DNA of 32,000 nt, from NCBI RefSeq assembly GCF_000012925.1, contig NC_007517.1, forward strand, positions 3,600,001-3,632,000, given 5' to 3'. This DNA comes from Geobacter metallireducens GS-15. Its GTDB lineage: Bacteria; Desulfobacterota; Desulfuromonadia; Geobacterales; Geobacteraceae. The position numbers were made by a program, and so were the translations under genes. Numbering within the stretch: position 1 is the stretch's first letter; each line of letters begins with the position of its first letter. This document shows positions 1 to 10,019 of this stretch, piece by piece. The notes under the pieces were generated by a model. The model did no database searches. It had not been told where the DNA came from and saw only the letters and a list, made by a program, of their open reading frames with translations.

Positions 1-1139
1 TCATCAGCAACACCCCGCACCTGATCGACGAGAACCGCAAGGACCTTGAGGCCGGGGAGAAGAAGGGGCTTTCCAGCGCCATGCTCGACCGCCTCATGCT
101 GGATGAGGCACGCATCAAGGCCATGGCCGACGGCCTGCGGGAGGTGGCGGGACTCCCCGATCCCGTGGGGGAAGTGACGCGGATGTGGAAACGCCCCAAC
201 AACCTCATGGTGGGGAAGATGCGGATTCCGCTGGGGGTCATCGGCATCATCTACGAGGCGCGCCCTAACGTGACGGCCGACGCCGCAGCCCTCTGTCTCA
301 AGGCGGGGAACAGCGTGATTCTGCGGGGGGGCTCCGAGGCCATCCACTCCAACCTCGCCATCGCCCGCATCCTGGGGGAGGAGATGGAGCGGGCCGGCAT
401 CCCGAAGGCGGCCCTGTCGGTCATCCCGTTCCCGGAGCGCGAGGGGGTCCTGGAGATGCTCAAGCAGGAGGAGTTCATCGACCTCATCATCCCGAGGGGG
501 GGCGAGAGCCTGATCCGCTTCGTGGTGGAGCATTCGAAGATCCCGGTCATCAAGCACTACAAGGGGGTTTGCCACGTTTTTGTGGATGCGTCGGCTGATT
601 TCGACATGGCCGAGCGGATCGTGGTGAACGCCAAGGTCCAGCGCCCCGGAGTCTGCAACGCCTTGGAGACGCTCCTTATCCACAAGGATGTGGCCGAGGC
701 CTTCATCCCCCGCATCGCCGCAACCCTGACCGACCTCAAGGTGGAGCTGCGGGGCGATGACTGCGTCCGCCAGTTCGCCCCCCAGGCGAAGAAGGCCACG
801 GAAGAGGACTGGCAGGCCGAGTACCTGGAGCTGATCCTGGCCGTCCGGGTGGTGGACGGCCTGAACGAAGCCATCGACCACATCAATGCCTACGGCTCCC
901 TCCACACCGAGGCCATCGTCACCCGGGACTACCACAATTCCCAGCGCTTCATCCGGGAGGTGAACTCCAGCACGGTCCTCGTGAATGCCTCCACCCGCTT
1001 CGCCGACGGGAACCAGCTGGGGCTCGGCGCGGAGATCGGCATCTCCACCACCAAGCTCCATTCCTTCGGCCCCATGGGACTTGAGGATCTGACGACCACC
1101 AAGTTCATCGTCTACGGCGACGGCCAGGTAAGGCAGTGA
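1..1139 (+). CDS. proA: gamma-glutamyl phosphate reductase, 5' end cut by window edge
   Basis: Frame is open from nt 3 (..[31 protein letters not shown]..) into ORF 81..1139. ProA-typical blocks [18 protein letters not shown], catalytic-Cys context [19 protein letters not shown]. Confidence 0.9.
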   Translation, partial: ISNTPHLIDENRKDLEAGEKKGLSSAMLDRLMLDEARIKAMADGLREVAGLPDPVGEVTRMWKRPNNLMVGKMRIPLGVIGIIYEARPNVTADAAALCLKAGNSVILRGGSEAIHSNLAIARILGEEMERAGIPKAALSVIPFPEREGVLEMLKQEEFIDLIIPRGGESLIRFVVEHSKIPVIKHYKGVCHVFVDASADFDMAERIVVNAKVQRPGVCNALETLLIHKDVAEAFIPRIAATLTDLKVELRGDDCVRQFAPQAKKATEEDWQAEYLELILAVRVVDGLNEAIDHINAYGSLHTEAIVTRDYHNSQRFIREVNSSTVLVNASTRFADGNQLGLGAEIGISTTKLHSFGPMGLEDLTTTKFIVYGDGQVRQ

Positions 1140-1165
1140 CCAGGGACCAGGGACCAGAGACCGGC
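1138..1165. repeat. heptamer tandem repeat: GACCAGG x2, then degenerate GACCAGA and GACCGGC
   Basis: Read directly: tGACCAGGGACCAGGGACCAGAGACCGGC. It starts inside the proA stop codon and fills most of the 31-nt proA-nadD spacer. Confidence 0.6.
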
Positions 1166-1170
1166 AAAGC

Positions 1171-1821
1171 ATGAGAACGGGGATTCTCGGCGGCACCTTC
1201 AACCCGATCCACCACGCCCACCTCCGCATTGCGGAGGAGGTCCGGGACGCGTTCGCCCTGGACCAGGTCATCTTCATCCCCGCGGCTTCCCCTCCCCACA
1301 AACCCATGGAGGGAGAGATCCCATTCGAGGTCCGCTGCGAGATGGTCCGCCTTGCCACGGCGGACAACCCCTCCTTCGCCGTCTCCGACTTGGAAGGAAG
1401 GCGGACGGGAAAATCCTACTCCATCGACACCCTGCGGGAGTTGCGGCGGGAGCGCCCCGGGGACGAGTTCTTCTTCATCATCGGCAGCGACTCCTTCCTG
1501 GACTTCGGCTCCTGGCACGAGTACGAAGCCATCTTCTCTTCGTGCAACATCGTGGCGGTGGAGCGCCCCGGCGCCGTTATCCGCGACCTGGCGGCGGCCA
1601 TCCCCGTTGCGGTGGCGCCGCAGTTTTGCTATCATGCCGCCGAAAAACGCCTCGCCCACCGCTCGGGATACTCGGTCTACTACCTGGCCGGCATCCCCCT
1701 GGACATCTCATCAAGCGCCATCCGCAGACTCGCCCGTCTGGGCCGTTCCATCAGGTACCTGGTGCCGGAGCCGGTCGCGCATTACATCACGGAACAAAGG
1801 ATTTACACCCATGACCGATAA
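1171..1821 (+). CDS. nadD: nicotinate-nucleotide adenylyltransferase
   Basis: N-terminus MRTGILGGTFNPIHHAHL carries the (H/T)xGH nucleotidyltransferase motif. ISSSAIR near the C-terminus is also typical of NadD, and the 216-aa length fits. Confidence 0.9.
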   Translation: MRTGILGGTFNPIHHAHLRIAEEVRDAFALDQVIFIPAASPPHKPMEGEIPFEVRCEMVRLATADNPSFAVSDLEGRRTGKSYSIDTLRELRRERPGDEFFFIIGSDSFLDFGSWHEYEAIFSSCNIVAVERPGAVIRDLAAAIPVAVAPQFCYHAAEKRLAHRSGYSVYYLAGIPLDISSSAIRRLARLGRSIRYLVPEPVAHYITEQRIYTHDR

Positions 1822-2206
1822 ACCGACCCTCGCCCCCCTTGAGCGGGCCCTTGAATGCGCCCGCCTCGCCCTCGACAAGAAGGCCCTCGACGTGAAGATC
1901 CTGAAGATCGGCCGTCTTTCGTCCATCGCCGATTATCTGGTGCTCGCCTCGGGCCGCTCCGACAGACAGGTCCAGGCCATCGCCGATTCGGTGAAGAAGG
2001 GGCTCAAGAAGTACGGCAAGGCCCTCGACGTGGAAGGGCTGAAGGAAGGTAACTGGGTCGTCATCGACTACGGTGACGTCCTCGTCCATGTCTTCCAGGA
2101 GGAGGTACGCCGCTACTACAACCTGGACGAACTCTGGTCATCGGCCCCGACGTCGGAGATTCCCGACGCGTGGCTCTGGGAAGGGAAAGAAGGTATCCCC
2201 ACGTGA
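1811..2206 (+). CDS. rsfS: ribosomal silencing factor RsfS (iojap family)
   Basis: In-frame ATG at 1811 inside the long ORF 1229..2206. From there the protein (MTDKPTLAPLERALE..DYLVLASGRSDRQVQAIAD..WVVIDYGDVLVHVFQEEVRRYYNLDELW) is RsfS-like. The upstream part of the ORF is Arg/Ser/Pro junk overlapping nadD in another frame. Confidence 0.85.
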   Translation: MTDKPTLAPLERALECARLALDKKALDVKILKIGRLSSIADYLVLASGRSDRQVQAIADSVKKGLKKYGKALDVEGLKEGNWVVIDYGDVLVHVFQEEVRRYYNLDELWSSAPTSEIPDAWLWEGKEGIPT

Positions 2207-2667
2207 AGCTGAAGATCCTCTGGGTCGGCAAGACCCAGGAGGAGTGGCTGCGGCGCGGCATCGACGAGTACACGGGCCGGATCAGGCGCTACACCCCCCT
2301 GGAAATCGCCGAGGCCCGTGAGGAGAAGGGAGCCGCCGCCGAGGCCATGAGAACCCGGGAGTGCGAGCGGCTGGAGAAACTGGTGCCGAAGAACGCCCGC
2401 CTCGTCCTGCTGGATGAGCGGGGCGACCAGCTGACATCCCCGGAACTGGCGGCCTTCATGGGCAAGTGCCGGGACAGCGCCGTGCCTGAGATGGTTTTCG
2501 CCATTGGCGGCGCCTACGGCTTTGCCGACAGTTTCCGGGCCCGGGCCGACAGAGTACTCGCCCTCTCCCGTCTCACCTTTACCCACCAGATGGTGCGGGT
2601 CATCCTCCTCGAACAGATCTACCGAGCCCATACCATCCTCAACGGCGAACCGTATCATCACTCATGA
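2203..2667 (+). CDS. rlmH: 23S rRNA (pseudouridine1915-N3)-methyltransferase
   Basis: GTG at 2203 gives VKLKILWVGKTQEEW.., matching the RlmH N-terminus. C-terminal SPOUT block FAIGGAYGF..LSRLTFTHQMVRVILLEQIYRA..GEPYH. GAAGG lies about 10 nt upstream. The start overlaps the rsfS stop (GTGA). Confidence 0.85.
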   Translation: MKLKILWVGKTQEEWLRRGIDEYTGRIRRYTPLEIAEAREEKGAAAEAMRTRECERLEKLVPKNARLVLLDERGDQLTSPELAAFMGKCRDSAVPEMVFAIGGAYGFADSFRARADRVLALSRLTFTHQMVRVILLEQIYRAHTILNGEPYHHS

Positions 2668-2697
2668 TATGAATTTCTATCTTCTTATGGAGGAACC

Positions 2698-4236
2698 ATG
2701 ACCCGCCCCCTCATGCTCATGATCCTCGACGGCTGGGGGATCAACCCCAGCGCCGAGCACAACGCCGTGGCCCAGGCCCGGACTCCGAACCTTGACACCC
2801 TCCTTGCCACCTACCCTACCACCGAAATCCAGACGTCGGGTATGGCGGTGGGACTTCCCGATGGCCAGATGGGGAACTCGGAGGTTGGACACCTGAACAT
2901 CGGCGCCGGGCGGGTTGTCTACCAGGATCTCACCCGCATCACCAAGGCGATCCAGGACGGCGACTTCTTCACCAACCCGGTGCTCCTGGAGTGCATTGCA
3001 AAAACCAAGGCTGCCGGCGGACGGCTCCACCTGGCAGGGCTTCTCTCCGACGGGGGGGTCCACTCCCACAACACCCACCTCTACGCCCTGCTGGAGCTGG
3101 CCAGGCGCCAGGGGCTCACGGATGTGTTCATTCATGCCATTCTCGACGGCCGCGACACCCCGCCCAAGAGCGGCGCCGACTACCTGGCCCAACTGGAAGC
3201 GGAAATCGCCCGCATCGGCGTCGGCGCCATCGCTACGGTCATGGGGCGATACTGGGCCATGGACCGGGACAACCGCTGGGAGCGGGTGGAGCGGGCTTAC
3301 AACGCCATGGTCCAGGGCGAAGGGGTCCAGCGGGCAAGTTCAGCCGAAGCCATCGAGGCGAGCTACGCCGCCGACGTGACCGACGAATTTGTGGAGCCTT
3401 CCGTGATGGTCCGCGACGGCGCGCCGGTGGGGCAGCTGCGGGACGGGGACGGCTTCATCTTCCTCAACTTCCGCTCCGACCGGGCACGGGAGATCACCAG
3501 GGCTCTGGCCCTCCCCGACTGCGAGGGCTTTGCGCGGCAGGCGCGGCCGAACCTCGCCTCCTACGTCTGCATGACCGAGTACGACGCCACCTTCGGCCTC
3601 CCGATCGCCTTTGGCCCCGAGGAGCTCAAGAACATTCTCGGCGACGTCCTTGCCCATGCCGGAATTCGGCAGCTGCGGATCGCCGAAACCGAGAAGTACG
3701 CCCACGTCACCTTCTTCTTCAACGGCGGCGTCGAGGAGCCGTTCCCCCTTGAGGAGCGCTGCCTCATCCCCTCCCCCAAGGACGTGGCCACCTACGACCA
3801 GAAACCGGAGATGAGCGCCTACCCCGTCACCGACGAGCTCCTGAAGCGAATCGACAGCGATGCCTACGACGTGGTCATCGTCAATTTCGCCAATGCCGAC
3901 ATGGTGGGGCATACCGGGATCCTGGAAGCAGCCGCCAGGGCCGTGGAAGCGGTGGACAGCTGCGTGGGGCGCATCGTGGCAAAGGTGCGGGAGAAAGGAG
4001 GCGCCGTCATCATCACCGCCGACCATGGCAACGCCGAGAAGATGGTGGACGAGACCGGAGGCCCCCACACCGCCCATACGAGCGAGCCGGTCCACCTGGT
4101 GCTCGTGGATGACAGCCGCAAAGGGATTCGGCTTCGTGCCGGCACCCTGGCCGACATCGCCCCCACCATGTTGGAGATTCTGGGCCTTTCCCAGCCGGCG
4201 GAGATAACGGGAAAGAGCCTCATCGCCCAATCATGA
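2698..4236 (+). CDS. gpmI: 2,3-bisphosphoglycerate-independent phosphoglycerate mutase
   Basis: 512 aa. iPGM hallmarks LMILDGWG, catalytic Ser context [38 protein letters not shown] precedes the ATG. Confidence 0.95.
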   Translation: MTRPLMLMILDGWGINPSAEHNAVAQARTPNLDTLLATYPTTEIQTSGMAVGLPDGQMGNSEVGHLNIGAGRVVYQDLTRITKAIQDGDFFTNPVLLECIAKTKAAGGRLHLAGLLSDGGVHSHNTHLYALLELARRQGLTDVFIHAILDGRDTPPKSGADYLAQLEAEIARIGVGAIATVMGRYWAMDRDNRWERVERAYNAMVQGEGVQRASSAEAIEASYAADVTDEFVEPSVMVRDGAPVGQLRDGDGFIFLNFRSDRAREITRALALPDCEGFARQARPNLASYVCMTEYDATFGLPIAFGPEELKNILGDVLAHAGIRQLRIAETEKYAHVTFFFNGGVEEPFPLEERCLIPSPKDVATYDQKPEMSAYPVTDELLKRIDSDAYDVVIVNFANADMVGHTGILEAAARAVEAVDSCVGRIVAKVREKGGAVIITADHGNAEKMVDETGGPHTAHTSEPVHLVLVDDSRKGIRLRAGTLADIAPTMLEILGLSQPAEITGKSLIAQS

Positions 4237-4267
4237 CAGTTTTTTGACAAGAATTCTTTCATTTGAC

Positions 4268-4302
4268 AAAAAAAGGGCGCCGCATCACGTGGCGCCCTTT
4301 TT
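4268..4302. terminator. bidirectional intrinsic terminator between convergent gpmI and dksA-like gene
   Basis: aaaaaaa-GGGCGCC-gcatcacgt-GGCGCCC-ttttt. A 7-bp GC stem (4275-4281 / 4291-4297) is flanked by an A-run and a T-run, so it can work on both strands. Confidence 0.7.
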
Positions 4303-4334
4303 CCGTTTCCGTTAACCTTTTTGTTGGTCGGCTG

Positions 4335-4754
4335 CTACCCTTCCTCTTCCTCGCCGAAGGAAACCTCGCGGTAGGACCGTTCTTCCTCCACGCGCCGGGT
4401 CTGGGCCTGGAGTTTTTCCATGTCCGACTGGCAGCGGACACAGAAGCGGGCAAAGGGCATCACCTTGAGGCGCCCGAGGGGGATTTCCTCCTCGCACTCC
4501 TCGCAAATGCCGTACTCGCCATCGGCGATGCGGAGCAGAGCTTCATCGATCTGGCGCAGCTTGTCCCGCTCCCGGTCGTTGAGGAGAAGCCCCAGTTCCC
4601 GGTCCCGCTCGCTGGACGCCTGGTCGTAGATGTCGCCCGTGGGCTCGCCGGTGTTCGTCTCGGACCCCGACTTCAGCGCCTTGTTTATCCCTGCCAGGAT
4701 CTCCTCCTTTGCCTTCAGGAGAAGAGCCTTCATTTCGTCTTGTTTTTCAACCAT
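4335..4754 (-). CDS. dksA: DksA/TraR-family C4 zinc-finger transcription factor
   Basis: Coiled-coil tip motif DxxDxA (DIYDQA). CxxC-x17-CxxC zinc finger (CEECEEEIPLGRLKVMPFARFCVRC). 139 aa with an acidic C-terminal tail. Confidence 0.85.
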   Translation of the reverse strand: MVEKQDEMKALLLKAKEEILAGINKALKSGSETNTGEPTGDIYDQASSERDRELGLLLNDRERDKLRQIDEALLRIADGEYGICEECEEEIPLGRLKVMPFARFCVRCQSDMEKLQAQTRRVEEERSYREVSFGEEEEG

Positions 4755-4797
4755 TTACATCACTCCATCGTTATAGGGTGGGCCAAAAGGTCTCGAA

Positions 4798-4825
4798 ATG
4801 TTACTCAAAAACTTTTGATTGTCAA
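4798..4825 (-). promoter_or_regulatory. sigma-70-type promoter candidate for the dksA-like gene
   Basis: Minus strand reads TTGACA (4825..4820), a 16-nt spacer, then TAACAT (4803..4798). It sits about 45 nt upstream of the ATG and is followed by a GGAG Shine-Dalgarno. Confidence 0.45.
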
Positions 4826-4841
4826 GCAAATTTCAGGCCCA

Positions 4842-6182
4842 TTACTCTTCAACAATCTCGCCGATGAGGTCATAGTCGGACGAATCGGTGATCCGCAGCC
4901 GCACAATATCCCCCACGTTGGCATTGCCGGCGGTGATGTAGACCTGGCCGTCGATGTCGGGGGCCTGCCGGGACGAACGACCCTTGAGGAGGAGGTCGGT
5001 CTCGTCGCTGTACCCCTCCACGATCACTTCCTCCTCGGTATCGATGAGGCGGCGGTTCCGCTTGAAGGAGAGCCTCGCCTGAACCTTCATGAGCTTCTTG
5101 TAGCGGTCCCGCTTGACCCGCTCCGAAACCTGGTCCTCCATCCCGGCAGCCGGTGTCCCCTCCTCCCGTGAGTAGCAGAAGACGCCAAGACGGTCGAACT
5201 GGGTCTCCTCCACGTAGTGGAGAAGGGTGCGGAAATCCTCCTCGGTCTCGCCGGGGAAGCCGACGATGAGGGAGGTGCGGAGCGCGATCTCGGGGATCTC
5301 GGCGCGGATCTTCGCGATGAGCGCCCGGATCTGGGGCTCGGTGCTCCGGCGGTTCATCCGCTTCAGGACCGGATCGCTGATGTGCTGGATCGGGATATCC
5401 AGGTACTTGCAGACCTTGGGCTCGGTCTTGATGATCTCGATGAGCCCGTCGGTGATCCCGTCGGGGTAGGCGTAGAGAAGCCTGATCCAGCGCAGTCCCA
5501 CGATCTTCGCCAGTTCCCGGACAAGCTCCTCCAGGGTGGGGCTTCCCGGCAGGTCGCGCCCCCAGGCGGTGATGTCCTGGGCAATGAGATTAATCTCTCT
5601 GGTGCCGGTGGCGACCAGAGTCCGGGCCTCCATGAGGAGGTTGTCCAGGGGGCGGGAGCGGAGGGCACCCCGCAGCGAAGGGATGACGCAGTAGGAGCAG
5701 CAGTTGGAGCACCCCTCGGCGATTTTCAGGTAGGCGGTGTAGGCGGGGGACGACTTGAGCCGCGGCAGGCTCTCGTCGAAGATGTAGTTGGGGTCGCTGA
5801 TGTAACGGAGCTGCTCGGCAACGCCCCGCTTCTCGGCAATGATCTCGGCAATGCGGGGATAGTCGGCGGTCCCCACGAAGATATCCACCTCGGGGAGCTC
5901 CGTGGCCAGTTCCTCCTGGTAGCGCTGGGGGAGGCAGCCGGTCACGACCAGGAGCTTGCAGCGGCCGTCGTGCTTGCGGTCGGCCAGATCGAGGATCGTG
6001 TCGATGCTCTCCTTCTTGGCATCGCCAATAAAGGAGCAGGTGTTGACGATGATGATGTCCGCCTCGTGTTCGTCGGTGGTGATCTCGTACTGGTCCTTGG
6101 CCAGGCAGCCGAGCATCACCTCGGCGTCCACCAGGTTCTTCGGGCAGCCGAGGCTGACCATGCTAACTTTTTCCTTCATCAA
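4842..6182 (-). CDS. rimO: ribosomal protein S12 methylthiotransferase (radical SAM, MiaB/RimO family)
   Basis: N-terminal UPF0004 block [13 protein letters not shown], radical-SAM CxxxCxxC in [11 protein letters not shown]-terminal TRAM-like segment. 446 aa. Confidence 0.9.
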
Positions 6183-6212
6183 ATCCGCTCCCTCTCTCTG
6201 TTTCCGTAACGT

Positions 6213-6698
6213 CTAATCCCTGAAATTCACAAACTGAAGCTCGATCCCCAGATCCTTCCCCTTGAGGGTCCGGATCGCCTCCTGGAGGTCATCCCGGTTC
6301 TTGCCGGTGACCCGCACCTGGTCATCCTGGATCTGCCCCTGAACCTTGAGCTTGGTATCCTTGATGACGGCCACGACCTCCTTCCCCTTCTCCTTGGAGA
6401 TACCCTGCTGGACGGTGATGATCTGCCGCACCATGCCGCCGGAGGCGGTCTCGGCCTTGCCGTACTGGAGGGCCTTGGGTGAAATCCCCCGCTTGATGAA
6501 CTTGGACTGGAGGATGTCGACGATGGCCTTCAGCCGGAAGTCGTCGTCCGCCAGGATCTTGATGGCATCCTTCTCCAGGGTCACCTCGCTCTTGGATCCC
6601 TTGAAATCATAGCGCTGGCCGATCTCCTTCACGGCCTGATTGACCGCGTTGTCCACTTCCTGCATGTCCACCTTTGAAACGATGTCGAATGACGGCAT
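6213..6698 (-). CDS. yajQ: YajQ-family nucleotide-binding protein (UPF0234)
   Basis: [55 protein letters not shown] is collinear with E. coli YajQ. The ORF has two consecutive ATGs (6701, 6698) after AGGAGG. The second matches the family N-terminus. Confidence 0.85.
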   Translation of the reverse strand: MPSFDIVSKVDMQEVDNAVNQAVKEIGQRYDFKGSKSEVTLEKDAIKILADDDFRLKAIVDILQSKFIKRGISPKALQYGKAETASGGMVRQIITVQQGISKEKGKEVVAVIKDTKLKVQGQIQDDQVRVTGKNRDDLQEAIRTLKGKDLGIELQFVNFRD

Positions 6699-6729
6699 CA
6701 TCTCCTCCTTTATCTGGTTAGTGCCTTTG

Positions 6730-7458
6730 TTATCGGACTCCCCCCATGGGGTTCTGTATCACTTCAACACCCGGGGGAGGCGTAAAGGTGAAGAGCGAAG
6801 CCTTCACCCCCCGGTTTACCTTGACCTTGCTGAACTCAATGGCGGTCCGGTTGCCCATCTGATCGAAGACCACGGATGACACAATGGGAAACGGCATCGA
6901 TGCGCGGCCCTGCGCCAGATACTCCTCCACGGCCCGGCCCGACACGGTCAGATGGAGCTTCTGGAAAGCCTGGCCCGGCTTCTTGGGCACAAGCTCCAGG
7001 ACGTAGTTCCCCCGGGCGTCCTTCCCGTCCCCCACGAAACGGACCGTGAAGTCCCGGGAAACCTCCCCCATCCCCGTAAGGTATGATAGAGCCACCCCTC
7101 CTCCCCCCGCAAAGAGGGAGGCAGCGTCCATGGTCATCACCTGCCGGTTCTCGGGGAGGTAGTACCAGACCTTCTTACCGTTGGAGATGATTTCCTGCCG
7201 GGGTTTGGTGTAGTTGAAACGGAACATGGCCCCTGCTCCGCTCCCCTTGCGGATGAATACTTCCCCGCTGCCGGTCTGTGCCTTCTTCACCGAGGCCAGC
7301 TCGGAGCGCTGGGTAAAAGAGGCCTGCAGGTCCCTGAGGGATGCGTACCCCTTCTCCAGGGCCGTCACCACCTCGCTGACAGAGGCTGCAGCGGCAAGAG
7401 TCGGGGCTACGGTCATAAGGGCCGCGACGAGGCACGGCAAGAGGCGACGAAAGATCAT
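6730..7458 (-). CDS. periplasmic LolA-fold protein (outer-membrane lipoprotein carrier-like), paralog 1
   Basis: Internal ATG at 7458 preceded by CAGGAGGAGC. Signal peptide [26 protein letters not shown]. LolA-like blocks [22 protein letters not shown]-terminal [12 protein letters not shown]. The upstream 85 codons of ORF 6730..7713 look non-coding. Confidence 0.8.
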   Translation of the reverse strand: MIFRRLLPCLVAALMTVAPTLAAAASVSEVVTALEKGYASLRDLQASFTQRSELASVKKAQTGSGEVFIRKGSGAGAMFRFNYTKPRQEIISNGKKVWYYLPENRQVMTMDAASLFAGGGGVALSYLTGMGEVSRDFTVRFVGDGKDARGNYVLELVPKKPGQAFQKLHLTVSGRAVEEYLAQGRASMPFPIVSSVVFDQMGNRTAIEFSKVKVNRGVKASLFTFTPPPGVEVIQNPMGGVR

Positions 7459-7494
7459 GGGCTCCTCCTGAGCGGTTGATGGTCCATGCAAACA

Positions 7495-7525
7495 GCGGGG
7501 GCGGCATGTTTCATACCGCCCCCGC
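7495..7525 (-). terminator. strong GC hairpin between the two LolA-like genes (attenuator or partial terminator candidate)
   Basis: GCGGGGGCGG (7495-7504) / CCGCCCCCGC (7516-7525): a perfect 10-bp stem with an 11-nt loop. On the minus strand it is followed by tgtttg, which is only weakly U-rich. Confidence 0.4.
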
Positions 7526-7550
7526 CAACAAACCTTACGGAAAATCTGCT

Positions 7551-8369
7551 TCAGTGCTTCCGGGGTGGCTTCACCACTTGGACCCCTGGCGGAACAGCAA
7601 ACGAGAAGAGGCTGTCGCTCAGCATGATGTTCGTCCGCACGTTGCTGAACTCCATGAGGGTCGTGCTCCCCTGATGGTCCTCCATGGTGGTGGAGAGAAT
7701 CGGAAACGGCCACTCCTGCCGGCCGATGTTGGAGATAGTGTTCACCGAGGTTCTCCCGCTCTGGACATAACTCAGGACCGCCTCACGGGGAACGACGATG
7801 AAAAGCTTTGCGATGGCCGCGGTGGCCCGGCGAGGGGTCAGTTCCAGTACGTAGTTGCCGGCGATGTCCTGCCCCTGGGGTGAGAAAACAATCAGGAAAT
7901 CCTTGGATATCCGCGGCAAACCCTGGAGGAAATTCGATGCCCGGTCCCGGTCTGGATTAAAGGTAAAGGGATTGAAGACCGGCGTTACGTCGCTCACGAT
8001 CACCTGGCGGTTCTCGGGGAGGTACATCCAGAGGGTCCGGCCGTCGGAAACGATCTCCTGCTTCAGGGGGCGGAAGTAGTCGAAGCGGAACATGAGCGGC
8101 TCGCGGCTGGAAGCCGTCTTAAAGTACATCTGGCCGTCGGCCCGCATCTCCCGTTCCTTCCCCGCAATGGTCGAACGCTGGAAAAAGTCGGCAGTCACCG
8201 TGGCAAGGGGAGGAAGGCCGGTATTCCTGTCCGGTCTGAACGACTTCTCCACCGTGTCGATGACATCCTGAAGGCCGGCGTTCACTCTAGCCACCGGTGC
8301 CGCCGTGGCGGGAACCGCCCCTACAAAAAGCGCCAGGAATACCACGATGACGAGCCTGTAAATCTTCAT
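7551..8369 (-). CDS. periplasmic LolA-fold protein, paralog 2
   Basis: Signal peptide MKIYRLVIVVFLALFVGAVPATAAP. Blocks parallel paralog 1: [49 protein letters not shown] upstream of the ATG. Confidence 0.75.
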   Translation of the reverse strand: MKIYRLVIVVFLALFVGAVPATAAPVARVNAGLQDVIDTVEKSFRPDRNTGLPPLATVTADFFQRSTIAGKEREMRADGQMYFKTASSREPLMFRFDYFRPLKQEIVSDGRTLWMYLPENRQVIVSDVTPVFNPFTFNPDRDRASNFLQGLPRISKDFLIVFSPQGQDIAGNYVLELTPRRATAAIAKLFIVVPREAVLSYVQSGRTSVNTISNIGRQEWPFPILSTTMEDHQGSTTLMEFSNVRTNIMLSDSLFSFAVPPGVQVVKPPRKH

Positions 8370-8387
8370 GCCCCCTCCGCGCGACCG

Positions 8388-8876
8388 CTAAAGTTGCTTT
8401 ATGGGCTGCTGCAGCGCCCTGACCATGATGATCCCGGTTGCTGTATTGAACTCCAGGCTCCGCCCGTAGTCCCCCCCCGTATCCTCGGCCACAAGGGGGA
8501 TGCCGCTCCGCTCCAGGGCTTCCCTGGCCGCCGCAACATTGCGCTCGCCGATGCCGCCGTGGGCCGAGCGGTACTGGGGTTCGAACATGGTGGCACCGCC
8601 GGCCAATTTTGCCACAAGTCGCTCAGGGGCGCAACCGCATTTAAGGAGTTCCTCCACCATGAGATCGACGGCCCAGCAGGTGAATTTGGCTGTCCTTTCC
8701 GCACCTTGCACTTCGCGGACAGGGGCGGGCAACAGGGTATGTGCAAGCCCGCCGATCCGGACTTCGGGATCGTAGAGGGCGATGCCGACGCAGGAGCCGA
8801 GCCCGTAGGTCACAAGGACCACCGGGTCAGATGCAACCTTGTGCTCCGATATGCCGACGCTGATAATCTTGCTCAA
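8388..8876 (-). CDS. cheD: chemoreceptor glutamine deamidase CheD
   Basis: MSKIISVGISEHKV..VTYGLGSCVGIALYDP..GGLAHTLLP matches the CheD catalytic Cys/His region. TTG start in a TTGA overlap with the cheC stop. Confidence 0.9.
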   Translation of the reverse strand: MSKIISVGISEHKVASDPVVLVTYGLGSCVGIALYDPEVRIGGLAHTLLPAPVREVQGAERTAKFTCWAVDLMVEELLKCGCAPERLVAKLAGGATMFEPQYRSAHGGIGERNVAAAREALERSGIPLVAEDTGGDYGRSLEFNTATGIIMVRALQQPIKQL

Positions 8877-9487
8877 AGTTTCACCCCTATGGCGTTGAGG
8901 ATTATCTTCAGGGACTCGGGGTCGGGAAGGAGGAAAAACTGGCCGTTGATCTTCTCCTCCTCTCCAAAAAAGTCGGTTTCGACCATGAGAGCCAGGTCGC
9001 CGATCTCCCCCAGCTCAATGAGGGCGTAGTCGATGACGGCACCGACCATATCAAAGGAGAGGACCGGCACGGAAGGGATCAAGGTCTTCCCCATGAGGGC
9101 ACCAAGGGCGTTCAGATAGGCGGAAGCGAGAATATTTCCCACCTCCTTGAGGGCCGATATCTCCAGTTCAGTGAGGAGCGTTCCTTCGCTCTTCTCCCGG
9201 GGGAGCAACCGCGAGAGGAGCTTCAGGGCGCTGTCCCGGGGGAGAACGATGAGGATGTTCCCCCGGGCGTCGCCGAGCATCTGCAGATAGATGCCCACGA
9301 CAAGTTTTTCGGCACCGCCGAAGACCTCGGGCACCTTGCAGATTTCCGTCAGGAGCACCTTCGGGACGGTGAGCGAGATGCTCCGGCCGATAAGTTGGGA
9401 AAGGGCTGTGGCAGCGTGCGCCACCCCGATATTGCTCACCTCCCGTAGGGCATCCAGGTGTTCCTCTGTCAATGCATCGAATTTCAT
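8873..9487 (-). CDS. cheC: CheY-P phosphatase CheC
   Basis: Two copies of the CheC-family ExxN active-site motif in the right context (DALREVSNIG and SALKEVGNIL). 204 aa. Confidence 0.85.
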   Translation of the reverse strand: MKFDALTEEHLDALREVSNIGVAHAATALSQLIGRSISLTVPKVLLTEICKVPEVFGGAEKLVVGIYLQMLGDARGNILIVLPRDSALKLLSRLLPREKSEGTLLTELEISALKEVGNILASAYLNALGALMGKTLIPSVPVLSFDMVGAVIDYALIELGEIGDLALMVETDFFGEEEKINGQFFLLPDPESLKIILNAIGVKL

Positions 9488-9548
9488 GCAGCTTTTCCCC
9501 CTATTCCATTGCCGGCTTGGTGAGTGAAAAAAAACTACGGACCGACGC

Positions 9549-9917
9549 TTACCCTTCGGAGACCTTCTTGATGATCTCCTTGACCCGGTCGGGGTTAAAG
9601 GGCTTCAGGATAAAATCCCGCGCACCAAAGCTCTGGGCCTTCTGGACAAGGGACTCCTGCCCTACGGCGCTGCAGATGACGACCCGGGCGTGAGGGTCGA
9701 TGGCCATGATCTCGCGGAGCGCCTCGATGCCGTTCTTGACCGGCATAATAATGTCAAGGGTCACGATGTCGGGCCGGACGTCGCGATAGGTCACCACCGC
9801 CTCGGCTCCGTCCGCCGCCTCGGCCACCACCTCAAAACCGTTTGCCTCCAGAATGCCCCGCAGCATGTTCCGCATGAACAGGGCATCGTCAACGACCATC
9901 ACTCTCTTCTTAGCCAT
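9549..9917 (-). CDS. cheY: chemotaxis response regulator CheY
   Basis: ATG at 9917 preceded by GGAGGA. MAKKRVMVVDDALFMRNML..DIVTLDIIMPVKNG..VVICSA..ILKPF is a single complete receiver domain of 122 aa. The 21 codons upstream in the ORF are a basic junk extension. Confidence 0.9.
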   Translation of the reverse strand: MAKKRVMVVDDALFMRNMLRGILEANGFEVVAEAADGAEAVVTYRDVRPDIVTLDIIMPVKNGIEALREIMAIDPHARVVICSAVGQESLVQKAQSFGARDFILKPFNPDRVKEIIKKVSEG

Positions 9918-10019
9918 GAATCCTCCATGTTTAGGCTTTCTGGATCTCTTTATGAAATTCAGCCGGTACTTTCGGCGCAAGCATTGCTGCCATTCGGCGG
10001 CAGGGCTCGGCAGCGGGCC

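Noticed and set aside
4263-6209. Plus-strand ORFs 4263..5171 (302 aa) and 5217..6209 (330 aa)
   Set aside because: They are antisense to the dksA-like gene and rimO. The first would also run through the bidirectional terminator hairpin.
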